Shown here piece after piece: positions 52,561-64,000 of a stretch of 64,000 nt of DNA. Position 1 is the stretch's first letter. Every line of letters starts with the position of its first letter. The stretch lies in assembly GCA_013239625.1 (NCBI GenBank), contig MU054212.1, positions 8,065,412-8,129,411 of the forward strand, read 5' to 3'. A program made the translations under genes and the position numbers. The notes beneath the pieces were generated by a model. The model worked only from the letters and a program-made list of their open reading frames with translations, was not told the DNA's origin and made no database searches. Source of the stretch: Lama guanicoe. Taxonomy: Eukaryota.

Positions 52561-54867
52561 CATTCTTCTCCAAACTGATCCATCGCAGCTGTTAAATATT
52601 AACCACGGGCTGTTGTCAGAACAGAGAAAGGCCAATTGTATCCAACTGATCCTGAATTTTCTAAGGGCTAATTAGCTCATTTATAGATAAACTAGGAACC
52701 TTCTGCTCTTGATTCCTAGCTTGGTAGCCAACACTTTGCCTAGTTACATAGCTACTGGTACTAGTTAAATAGAGCAAATGAAATTTTCATTCTGATTCAG
52801 TTAAAATTCCTAGAAGATTGGAGGACGCAGGAAAAGAAACCTACATGGATGGGAACAGATTTTTTTTAAACCTGATTTTTTTAGTTTTATCAACTATCTT
52901 TAAATTATGGGAAAATGTGAAATACTCATTCAAATTAAATTCTGTAAAATAGGTGAAGAAATCCTACCTGGTCTATCGGAAAGAAAAAAAAAATTGTCAG
53001 CTTACCTGAGTTCAGTTCTTAAACTCAGTCTACCACTCACATTGAATTCCCTGATTTTTATACAAGCCAAATTTTATGAATTACTTTTGAACTCCCTTAT
53101 TGATTGATTGTGGAAAATTCAGCTACTGCCTTTCTGTTTGTTCTCTGAGCACCTGCTGTTTTATTCGCATTTTTCCCCATCCTTTCACTATCTCCTCTTT
53201 CCCTTATTAAAAACAAACGAACAGTGTAAAATGCCTCCCCCTTCCCTTTCTTAAAATCCTTCTCCCAGTAACATCTCCAGAACGGTCTGGGATGAATCAC
53301 ACTGCATTGGATCTGCCACAAATATTTTCTTCTTATACAGTTGATTTTAAATTAAGCAGGCCCCAAAGGAAGTTCTGAACTGGTCACTGCCAGCAAACAC
53401 TGAAGAGCAGCATGCGGGGCGAGGGCAGATAGAAGGTGGAGGGGGTCCCTTCTGATCTGCTGCTTGGGGTGGTGGGAAGACCACTAAGGCTCACGCACAT
53501 CTGCGTCTCGGGTCCTTTTGAGCTGCGTCTGCTGGAGCCACAAGCAGCCTCTCCAGTTACCATCTACCCGCCCCCAGTCCGGGACCCCCAGAACTCAGAG
53601 CTCATGTGCACTTCTCAGCCCCTGGAACTGGATCTGTCCTTATTGTTTTGTCAGCATGTTTTGAAGATCAGTAGCTCATTCGTAGAAAGTGAATAATTAC
53701 TAGATGGTGTGTGTATTTTGAAGTTTGATCCTGGCGTTGTTTATAACACTTATCCTGTTTGAATGAAACACGTCTTTCGCTACAAGAAAAAGCCTGTGAT
53801 GGTACTAGATGTAAAATCTGCAAATTAACCCAAGTTTGGGGAAGTGGATACTTTAATTGATGTTGGCCTTTGATGCCCCACCCCGGAGGCACTGCCTCCT
53901 TGGGTAATTGCGTAACTCAGGACTCTCGTCATGGCGGGGTCGGGGGGAAAGGTAAAAAAAATTATCTTCATAGGACTGCCATTATATAAACACTCACAAA
54001 CTATAACTAACCCAAGAACTGATCTAACAATACAGACTGAGAACCCCATCGTTTGGCTGACTTAATCTCTCTCAAATGGTAAAATGGACTGAATTTGGAT
54101 ATTTTGTGTACGTGTTTTAATTTTCTCTACCACTGCCAGCCACACCCAATGAGCTGAATGATAACTCTTTGAGCCTATGTTTTCATCACATTAAATAATG
54201 TCTCTTTCTCTCTCTCTTTTTTTTTTTTGTTTCATGTTTACTCTCCCAGTATCCCATTTCTCAGAGGAACATTTCATCCCGACAGCCAGGGAGAGAGCCT
54301 GGATGCTCAAGGTAAGATTTCAGCATAAATGATGTTTGCAGAGTAAACTGGAGCACACAGTACAAATGCCTCTGTAACAGATTTATTTTCAGAGTTCCAT
54401 TATACAGTTAAAGCAAATATTCGAGTAAACATGCTTCATTAAGACGTTATTTTTCAGACTATAATCCATCTCCCATGTGTACTAAGGCCTAATTAACTGA
54501 CATCGGCAATTCCTCTAAAGCTGTTCAAGCCAGTTAAAGTTTAATTTTTGGAGATCTTTTTAGTGATAAGTGGAGTGAGGAAATAAATGCCAAGATATAG
54601 TCAAAAAACCTCATGACGTTCCTAATTGTGAATCAGTGATGATTTGATCTTGTTAAAAATCAAGGCAACTGCTCTGTTGACTTTACAAGAGAGAGAGGGT
54701 GGGTATCTTGAAAAGGTGATAAACGCCCAGAAAGGTTTTTTTGTTTTGTTTTTTTTTCAGTTTGGGGTTTGTGTTTGAGACGCAATCATTTGGCCTGTTA
54801 TTGCCCACTGGCGCTCTGAGACCCCCTACTCCAGGAGCTCCCTGGAACAAAGGGACAATTAACTGAA

Positions 54868-54886
54868 ATTCCACCAGATGGCAATA
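54868..54886 (+). promoter_or_regulatory. Candidate CTCF site
   Basis: CCACCAGATGGCAA at 54871-54884 matches the CTCF core CCACYAGRKGGCR in apparently unique sequence. Confidence 0.45.
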
Positions 54887-55874
54887 TTCGGAAAGCCATC
54901 CAGAGAGGTTTCAAAGCTGTGAGCTATTATTGTTCAGAGATTAGTCTCACAGAGTATAGCGTCCTAGATTTCATGAAAGGTGCTCTAAACATCTTTTGTT
55001 TTACTTTTTGCGCACAGCGTCAGAATTTTTACTAGGGGAAAATAGGTGTATGGGGTGGTATGTGTTGTTTTCTTTTGTTTTTCATTCTGGAAGGGTAGAA
55101 TCAGAAACTTCATTCTTCAGTAATTCTTCCAAGCAGTATTGTTGAGTATTAAAAGCTCAGATCAATGGATAATGTACCATATTTGTCTTAGGGTCTCTTT
55201 GTGATAAATGTTACGGTTGAGGGTCACTTTTAAATAAATTGTTTGGGAAGACAAACCTAAAATTCTTCTCTTACAGAGGAGGAGAATTTTGAGGAGTTGC
55301 TTAGATATTGAACCAAGTGAAACTTACAGGTACAAAAATTATTTGTGATGATCGCAAATAATTAAGTTTATTTAAATAGGGTGGGTGAACTTTGCCCATT
55401 TTGCTCCAATGATAGTAGAGATGCTCTATGTACCTCGAGTGGTGTCCAAACAGCTGGGCTACCCTAGGGCAGAGGTAAGATGGATGGACAGACAGACGAA
55501 GTAGAGAGGCATCTGAAGGCAATTGAAATGGGAAGAACCAGTAAGAGGAGCCACGTGAGCTTTCTGTGTGCACCTAACCGCAGTCCCTGAACAGGCACCG
55601 AATGACCTTTGAAACCTGCTCTTATGCTAGTAGCCCCTTCCAGTAGAGGGCCCAGAGGTCCGGTGTCCAGGACAGTCCTCGTTTATTTCTGTTGTCCCAG
55701 AGTGTCATCTAGCTAACACCCCCGGCCCCCTTGAAATTCTCAGCTTAAAGTAAATGATCGCCTTGTTATCTGTCTTCTAGGCTATCATGTCCGAGGAAAA
55801 AGGAATAGAAAAAGGCCCAGTACCTAAATACCTAAATTGAGTATCTGTTTGTAAGCCTCCGTATATATTTGGGG

Positions 55875-56192
55875 CTAAGGGACAAATTCTTTTTTGGTAA
55901 AAAGCCACATAGTAAACATGTTTTTGCTTTGTGGGCTGTTCAGTGTCTGTCATAACTATTCAACTCATTGCAGGGTGAAAGCACGATGGGCATAAATGAA
56001 CAGGTTTGGCTGTGTTGCAATAAAACTTTATTTACAAAAACAGGCAGCCATGGCGGGGCTGGGTGTAACTTGGTGGTAGAGCACATGCTTAGCATACATG
56101 AGGTCCTGAGTTCAACCCCCAGTACCTCCATTAAAAGGAGAACAGGCAGCCAGTGGCATTTGGCTGGCAGGCCATAGTGTGCAGACTTGTGT
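55875..56192. mobile_element. MER58A-like hAT element interrupted by a SINE
   Basis: GGCTGTGTTGCAATAAAACTTTATTTACAAAAACAGGC...GGCCATAGTGTGCAGAC. Confidence 0.82.
56051..56140 (+). mobile_element. tRNA-Ala-like SINE (vic-1-like, short form) with perfect 12-bp TSD
   Basis: GTGGTAGAGCACATGCTTAGCATACATGAGGTCCTGAGTTCAACCCCCAGTACCTCCA. AACAGGCAGCCA at 56039-56050 and 56141-56152. Confidence 0.92.
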
Positions 56193-57234
56193 GAGGGAAT
56201 AGATGGTAAGGAGGGGACAGGAGACGGTGGAGAACCAAGAAGATGGTCCTCCATTATTCCTCCCCCTCCTCTTCACATCCTTCCTGGGTTGCAGCCTCCT
56301 CATTTAACCTTCTCAGAGATTAGCATCAATAGCTTCCTTGGTGAGTCATCTCATCAGTTGTGTGGTTCCTGAGACGCCTTTGCTGGGTCTAACTGCTTGT
56401 TTCTCATCCAAATCTGTTTCTGCCCCTGCACATGCGTGTGCTTTGTACCTCGCAACACAGAATAGCACCCCTATTCGGGTACCACCTGAATCCTAGAGTT
56501 AAATACTGGAGCAATGGTATCAGCAGACACCTAAATTTATGCTTTGGTCCTCACTAGATAACTGTCTATAGGAAATAGAGCCACATTAAGGAAAGGTTAA
56601 AGCTGACGATAGCAAATTTTTTATTATGAAAACAATAAACTTACAGGAAAATTTGCTGGGGGGATCACCCATAGCAACACTATCCCAAAATAACTTTTTC
56701 TCTTTTGTTGCTTCTTTGCTTTTCCCATAAGTATTCATATTTTTCCCTAGTGGAAAATAGGGCGCATGTGAACTTGGTGTTTTGTTTAGTGTTAGTCACA
56801 AGCATCTTTCATGAGTCACCAGAGCTACCATTAGAATAGTATCATGTTATGTCAGTGTGCCATAATATCTTCTAATTTTCACTAAAAAAGTGCTGTACTA
56901 AATTTTTTTGTAGACTTTATTATTATTTTGGTTGGTTTGGCTGAGTTCAGTTTGTTCCGGGGGTTTTGTTTATTTCCTTAGGACAAAATCCCAGAAGTGG
57001 GATTATTACCCAAGGATATGACCATTTTTATGACTCTTAATCTAGTTTATCGTGTCTTCTCTTAAGAGATTTGGAGTCTTTACAAGCGTTTGTAGTCGGA
57101 GGATACTAGCCTCACCATGACTTAGGAGAAACAGCATTTAACTTATTCCATAGTATTGACTGAATGTCTTCTGTGTATAAAAAGCTGTACCAATTACTTT
57201 GGTATGTGTATACGTAAATATATAAATGAGCGAT

Positions 57235-57630
57235 GTGCTTCCTCCACAAACATCTGAGTGCCTGCTATGAACAATGTGTTGCAGGGTTTCAGTGGTGAGC
57301 AGAAAATGGCTTCTGTCTGAGTTTGACCTTACTGGAGAGCTAAAATACATACATAAATAACCGTAATAAAATATACAAAATGAGACACAACGTAGGAGAA
57401 ATACAGTCAAAATAGGATGGGAGTTTGGGAGGGGTCGGGAGAGAGAGATGGCATCTGAGCCGAACTCTGAATGTAAGTCTGATTGGGATGCTCCGAGGTG
57501 GTGAATTTGCGCTTCATTCTGTAAACATGTCTAGATTGCCGACTGTGTGCCAAGTCCTCGGCTAAAAGCTAGGGATCTAAAGGTGACAGACAGAGCTCTT
57601 AAAGCTTACTCTCTAGTAGAGAGGACAGCC
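57235..57630 (-). mobile_element. L2 3'-end fragments (probably two)
   Basis: ACAAACATCTGAGTGCCTGCTATG; TGCCGACTGTGTGCCAAGTCC...AGCTTACTCTCTAGTAGAGAGGACAG. Confidence 0.55.
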
Positions 57631-58314
57631 TTTAAAAAAAAAAAAAGTGTAAGCATGAGAAGTGGGATGGCTCTTTCAGCAGCGGGTTCGCCGCAGTAGG
57701 GATGAGACCAGGGTCTTTGATGAGGAGCTTTCTCCTGGCTCCTCTTTCAGCGCAGTCTTCGTCACCAGTGATTGTGTCAGAATCTGGGGGAGATCTGTTT
57801 CTGGAAAGTTTGAAGGCTTTTCAGGTTGTACTGGCCAGCATTGCAATTAAAACTGGCCTCTGTTTTCGGTTGGTCCCCGCAGTGAGCACACTCACTGAGC
57901 ATAATACACAGAGCCTGCGGCTGGGGGCAGCGCGACCTCCGTCCCGGCCCTCCCCAGCGGATGCCTGAGCAAGTCACTAAGAACGCCAGGGCTTCATTTG
58001 TGTGTTGTTTTATACCAGCTGGAAGGAACGTCAGTAATCATCTAATCCAACTCACTCATGTTACAGAGGAACATTCTTGGGTGGGAAAAGTTGCATTATT
58101 AGCCTAGTTCAGGCATCTGGTCAAAGCCATGGCACCGGAAGCCTGGCTTCTGAATCTCGCATGCTGCTAGCTCCACGCTCACTGCTGTCATTCTTCCTGC
58201 CTCATCTATACCACAGGGATAATAAGAACTAAAAACAGAATTAGCGTAAGCATTTTTTTGTACCTGTAGAAACAATAATAGGTATTTTACCCATCTTGGA
58301 CCACAGTAAAAACA

Positions 58315-58836
58315 TTTTTTTAATTGAAGTATAGTCAGTTTACAATGTGTTAATTTCTGGTTTACAGCATAGTGATTCAGTTATGCATATATATATATAT
58401 ATATATATTCCTTTTTCATATTCTTTTCCATTATAGGCTATTATAAGATATTGAATATAGTTCCCTGTGCTATACAGTAGTATCTTGTTGTTTATTTTAT
58501 ATGTAGTAATTAGTATCTGCTAATCCCAAACTCCCCATATATCCCTCTACCCATCCCACTTTCCCTCCGGTAACCAAAAGTTTGCTTTCCATGAATGTGA
58601 GTCTGTTTCTGTTTTGTAAATCAGTTCCTTTGTGTCATTTTTTTAGACTCCACCTATATGTGATATCATATGGTATTTTTCTTTCTCTTTCTGGTTTACT
58701 TCATTTAGTGTGACAATCTCCAGGTCCACCCATGTTGCTGCAAATGGCATTATTTTATTCTTTTTTATAGTTGAGTAGTATTCCATTGTGTATATACCAC
58801 ATCTTCTTTATCCAGTTGTCTGTTGATAGACATTTA
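58315..58836 (-). mobile_element. 5'-truncated L1 (artiodactyl-type)
   Basis: Poly-T, ATTGAAGTATAGTCAGTTTACAATG, GTTCCCTGTGCTATACAGTAG, CATGTTGCTGCAAATGGCATTATTT. Confidence 0.92.
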
Positions 58837-59729
58837 ATTTGGATAAATGGATAGGATAATTCCAATCTCACAGTCAAAGTGGAACCCAGCATGGAAATTG
58901 AGAAGTGAGGGAGAAGTGAAGGAGCAGAGAGGGCAGCTTTAGATAAACCTTGGGGTATTTGGCTGTAAGGATGAGGAGAGAAAGAGGGACCTGTAAGGAA
59001 GAAGAGTTGATTTAAGGTGGAAGAGACTTGATCTGTTCAAAGACTGCTGAGAAGGAGCCAGTAGAAGAGGTGTGTGAGGGTCCGGTAGAAGGTTACCCAG
59101 CAGGAGACAACTGGCCGGGATACACCCCTTCATTGCAACAAGCAAGATACAGAATAAGATGGCAACTTTGCAGGTAAACATCAGTCAGGGGGCAGGAAAC
59201 TTCAGTTCTTGTCTAATGGCTTCAATTACCCTCTGAAGTCGGGGGCAAGGCCATCTGCTGAGGGAGGGAAGACAGAAGCATCAGAGATCTAAAGAAACTG
59301 AACAAGCATTGAAATGTCTGGGTTATGAATAACGAGAGGTCTGTGCAGGGAAGCAGAAGCTCTGGAAGCATCGACACCCACTCGGGTTTGGAGGCACGAA
59401 TTTACAGTCATGCTGGTCCTCCAGGTAGCGTGCCTTTCTTCCCACAGCAGGGGTCAGCACTCCAAATGAGGCCTATGTACTTGCGTAGATGAAATCCTCC
59501 TGAGAGCTCCTCTTTAAGAAAACGTGACGTTGATCTCAAAAACAATGTTTCCATTACAATGGGCAAATGCTTCCTTTCTTTCCTTTTAAATTGCTGCAGA
59601 AGCTGAATGAGTGGGTTAAGAGCTGTTGATGGTTTGGTTCATAATGAGTTTGATATTTGCACAGGGATTGTAACCAATTCACGAGTCCCCCTGTACACAG
59701 AATAGATTGTTGGGGACCAGACTTAATTA

Positions 59730-60391
59730 ATAATAGACTTACCCTATGATCCCACAATCCCACTCTTGGACATATATCTGGAGTAAACTCTTAATTTAAA
59801 AAGATACATGCACCCCCATGTTCACAGCAGCACTATTTACACTAGCCAAGACATGGAAGCAACCTAAATGTCCATTGGCAGATGATTGGATAAAGAAGCT
59901 GTATATACATACACGCACACACACACATACATATACATACAATGGGATACTACTCAGCCATAAGAAAGAATAAAATAATGCCATTTGCAGCAATATAGAT
60001 GGACCTGGAGATCATCATACTAAGTAAGCCAGAAAGAGAAAGAAAAATACCATATGATAGCACTTATATGTGGAATCTTAAAAAAAAAAAAGAAAGAAAG
60101 AAAAGGGACACAAATGAATTTATTTACAAAACAGACAGACTTACAGGCATAGAAAACAAACTTTTGGTTACTGGGCGGGGAGAAGTAGGTAGAGAGGGAT
60201 AAATTGGGAGTTCAGAATTTGCAGATTCTATTACATATAAAATAGATAAACAAAGTCCTACTGTAGAGCACAGGGAATTCTATTCAATACCTTGTAATGG
60301 CCTATTATGAAAATGAATATATATGAGTATGATGCTGTACACCAGAAATTAACACAACATTATAAATCGACTATACCTCAATAAAAAAAAA
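59730..60391 (+). mobile_element. 5'-truncated L1 (artiodactyl-type)
   Basis: TTACCCTATGATCCCACAATCCCACTC, GACATGGAAGCAACCTAAATGTCCA, ATGCCATTTGCAGCAA, and the 3' end GACTATACCTCAAT plus poly-A. Confidence 0.93.
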
Positions 60392-60917
60392 TCAATTCGA
60401 TTGATTCGGGGTGAACCTTTGCACAGTTTGAATAGTTGGATGTTACGTATCTCATTCACACACTTGTATTGCCTGTCACAGGTACTTGTGGCACCAGAAG
60501 CATTAACTGCACTGTGTACAGAAATAAAACTGCCAACTACTTGGCAAACCTTTTGTAAGTTTTGGCCCCTATAGGAGATTTCTGCCTTTTCTGTAGAGTA
60601 CCACACTCTGGTTAAGAAATTTTCACTTTTGCAAGCAAAAATGCCACTTACATCACTCTGACGTTGATGTGTCTTATCAAAATTTGCTTTACAAGTGGGC
60701 TGTGGTATGTGGAAGGAATGCTATTGATGTCTTACAGGCTGGTGCCTGGAATGCTTGTATGTGCTGAGGCCCCCTAATCAGGAAATGCGTTTCTTCTATC
60801 CGGCTCCCCTACCTGAATTCATTTTTCTGGTCTGAAAATCATTTAAAAATTGTGAACAATGATGGTGGGTACTCACCCTGAGACATTTCTTACTCCCACC
60901 AATACGCCTAGAACTTC

Positions 60918-61128
60918 AGAGCGGGTTTCTAAATGTTCTGTAACAATGAAAACGTTCTCTGGATGCCAGCTAATTTGGTGGCCCGCTAGTCATAGGTGCC
61001 CACTGAGTATTTGAGATGGGGCTGTGTGACAGAGGAACATGTTATTATGCATTTTAAATTTTATTACGTTTTAATGCAGTGTAAGTAGCCACATGCGGCC
61101 AGCGGCTACTGTCTTAGACAGCCAGGCC
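60918..61128. mobile_element. MER3 hAT-Charlie relic
   Basis: GTAGCCACATGCGGCCAGCGGCTACTGTCTTAGACAGC and upstream GAAAACGTTCT, TGACAGAGGAAC. Confidence 0.72.
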
Positions 61129-61414
61129 CTAGAAGCCACATTAGACAGAACTGAAATTTTAAGTGTAGGTTACAAATGGAGCCAGCTGAGGGAACTCACT
61201 CGGGTCTTTGATGTTCAAATAAGACTGACCTGGCCTCATCCTGTCCTCAAGTTATAGCCTGGGGATGCTGGCCCTCGTGCGGGTAAACACGGGGTGGGAG
61301 CAAGATCTAAAAACAGCCCACTGCTAAAGGGGCGTCATCTTCATTTGTACCTAAATTGTCTCCAACACCTGAACACCAGAGTCCTGAGCACAAAGAAAAA
61401 CGTGGGAGAGAGAA

Positions 61415-61630
61415 CAATCTGTATTTAATGCCTACCATGGACCAATACTCCGCTAGTGACTTCACACACATGAACATCTCGTTAATCTATGTATGTCCTG
61501 AGTGAAACTTATGCTTTCTAGAAATGCGGACATTTGAGTTTCAGAGAGATTACTAGCTTGTTCAAGGCACACAGCTAGTCAGGAGTAGAGGCAAGATTAG
61601 AATCCAAGCAGGTATGACTCCAAAGTTATT
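61415..61630 (-). mobile_element. MIR
   Basis: TCAGAGAGATTACTAGCTTGTTCAAGGCACACAGCTAGT...GATTAGAATCCAAGCAG..TGACTCCAAAG. Confidence 0.7.
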
Positions 61631-62549
61631 CCCACAAGCAGTACTCAGAGGAAAACGCGCGTGTTTGAAACTATCCAAGAAGCAGGAAACCTTCAGGGTG
61701 GGGTTGGAGGTAGAAGGGAGGTAATAGGAGGCAAGAGACTTTAATTCTCTGTGTGTGCTTGTGATCTGATTAACTCAGAAGTTACACCTGCATTTCTCCT
61801 CCTCTCCCTGCCCTCCCTACCCCTCCAGCCACTTCAGTTCCCTTGATTGCAGGTTACCCCCCATGGAAGTCTCACTAGTAGTGTCATAGTGTGCAGTCTA
61901 TCATTTGGATTAAAACGACTCAAGAAACAAAGACATGTCCCAGTGTCTTGGTTACCACCTAGGCAAGAGTCTCAAGCTTCTTGCTTCCTATACTTAAAAG
62001 ATACGTAAACACTTGGATTAGGTTATCTACAATCATCTAGTCCAACATCTCCCAGAGTTCACACACTGGCTGCCTTCTGAAATGTCTCCTACGTGTATGA
62101 TAATGTTGCTTCCACAGCATTTCCAACATTCCCATTGTTGAAAATAACAGTGGAAATCACAGAAAGCACACATCGAGAGCCCTACCTTAACAAATCATTC
62201 ATTTAAAAAAATTTTTTTCCCTTCTAGCCCTCATTCATCTAACTTGACATAGCGGTGACCATACCTTGTGCGTACTTGAACATTCAGCTTTCTGTTTCAC
62301 TTTGTGATGGGCAGTTTCGGGGCTGTCACACATACTCATGGTTGTAGCGTTAATGTGTACAGAATAGTCTTTAGAACTGACTTACCATTATTATCCAAAA
62401 TTTTCACTGTTTGATGTATGGAGACTGCTTCAAAACGAACTTGGGTAGGTTTTAAGCTTATAGGTCATAACTGGTTAATTCCCTTTACTGGAAGTCTCAT
62501 ACCTGTGTTTCCACATCCCCTGTGAAAAGTTGTTACACTATAGGCTTGC

Positions 62550-62627
62550 TTTTTTTTTTTTTAAATTGAAGTACAATCAGTTACAGTATGTCAATTTTGG
62601 GTGTACAGCACAATGTCCCAGTCATGC
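62550..62627 (-). mobile_element. Very short L1 3' tail
   Basis: Reverse strand reads CATGACTGGGACATTGTGCTGTACACCCAAAATTGACATACTGTAACTGATTGTACTTCAATTT plus poly-A. Confidence 0.82.
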
Positions 62628-64000
62628 CACTGTGGCCTTTCTGATTGGATATTAAACAAATGTTTCATATACGTAATTTTTAACTTCCAAAATGTGATAT
62701 TCTCAAGAGCAATAGACGATACATTCTATTTTAATAATCACACGCCCTCCCAGGCATTAGGCACTTAATATATGCTTCTTGAATTCTGTATAGTCTATAA
62801 AACTGGCTTGGTGTCATGTTGCCCAGTGACCTGTGGATGATAGATTTTCAGCATCCCTTACCTCAAATATCATTCTACTTAAAATGCATGCACTGAGGTG
62901 TTTGTCTCTGTTCTAAAGTTAGTCATGTTTGAGTCTTCGAGAAAGCAATTCGGATGAACCACAATTCAGATTGTCAGGTTGATATCAAACTCCATTAGGG
63001 AACAAGGACAGTCAAGGTTAAGATAAGTGCCAGAGTGCCTCTGCAGAGGACTCAGTTCTAGGCCATGAGGATTTTGTGTTTTCCAGTACTTCTTCGGAAT
63101 ATGGTGTTAAGCCTTTACGGGACCATGACGTTTCAAAATGTGGTTGTGTTATCCTGTTATTTCTCAAGGCAATGACTAGGCTATATAATATCTGCCTGGT
63201 AGAGTTTCTCTCCTGGGATTCTTGTGTCTCCAACTTTATTTTTGCTCTTAGGGAGAGATATGTTTCAGATCTGAGTGAGGTAATGCCACTCACAGGACAT
63301 TACTTTGGCTTATAAACTGAACTGAACCATTAGCATCTTTTTCCGGTGCCTGGCTTAGAGAGAAACTTGGCTTGGTCTGTGAAAACATATGAATTGAGTG
63401 CTTGGAACATTGTATAATGACACTGTTGCCTCCAACCAGGAGTAACAATTCTATGAAGGTGTCTTGAAATAATAATAGCTAACCACTCTTGCCTCCTGAT
63501 CAAAAAAATAATGTATAATAAAAATTATCTAACTCAAGTACAGTATTTTTTTAAGCTGCATCTCATCAAAACACTTTCTGTCATATAGTAAGATATCAAA
63601 ACATACAACATTTGCTTTTAAAAGTTGATTCCATTAGGTAAAATTATTTTGGATTTCAGGGTGAAAATAGTAGATAAAATTTTTGGTTGGGAAAAAAACT
63701 GACCTTGCTGGCTCAAAGAACAATCATTTACTTGGCCAGAACTTAAATGTTTTTAAATAATACAGAATTTTGCCTGTCTTAGGAGGGTCATGAAGACTTC
63801 AGAAGAGGCAGACTTTGAGCTGAGCCTACCTTTGTAACATATGAGTAGGTAAAAAAGAGGGAAAATGTCATTGCAGGCACTAGTCAGAAGATTCAGGGAA
63901 CAGAGCATCAGCCCTCTCAATGGGGCAGGGGGATGACCTATTCTTTAATGTGATAAATGGAGGATTAAGAAGAAAGATAAGCTGGGGTCAAACTGCACCA

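Noticed and set aside
55760..55856. Acceptor TTCTAG| followed by ATG (MSEEKGIEKGPVPKYLN*)
   Set aside because: The frame stops after 17 codons and the only nearby donor (TTT|GTAAGC) is weak.
1..64000. Prokaryotic-type systems (operons, CRISPR, defence islands, rRNA)
   Set aside because: The sequence is mammalian and dominated by interspersed repeats; nothing of this kind is visible.

Overview
This is mammalian genomic DNA, not prokaryotic. It is most likely from a camelid (alpaca, llama or camel), inferred from five copies of a tRNA-Ala-like SINE resembling the camelid vic-1 family and from artiodactyl-type L1 3' ends. I find no supportable protein-coding exon: the supplied ORFs are chance frames, GC-rich CpG-island frames or decayed L1 ORF2 pieces. 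About 1-33 kb is repeat-rich intergenic sequence (L1, L2, MIR, MaLR/ERVL LTRs, hAT and TcMar relics). A CpG island at ~33.8-35.7 kb holds a + strand TATA-less promoter and a short, ATG-free first exon ending at a strong donor (CAG|GTGAGT, 34260/34261). The remaining ~30 kb looks like intron 1 of that gene, which is tentatively RAI14 from recollection only. The best candidates for follow-up are a compact TEAD/AP-1/E-box/MARE motif cluster at 36.5 kb, a candidate micro-exon and CTCF site at 54-55 kb, an inverted L1 pair at 58-60 kb, a perfect 20-bp hairpin, recurrent ~60-90 bp L1 tail insertions, SINEs nested in DNA transposons and an internally deleted ERVL provirus. I see no convincing evidence of a novel biological system. 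Repeat boundaries are approximate and family names were recognised by eye.
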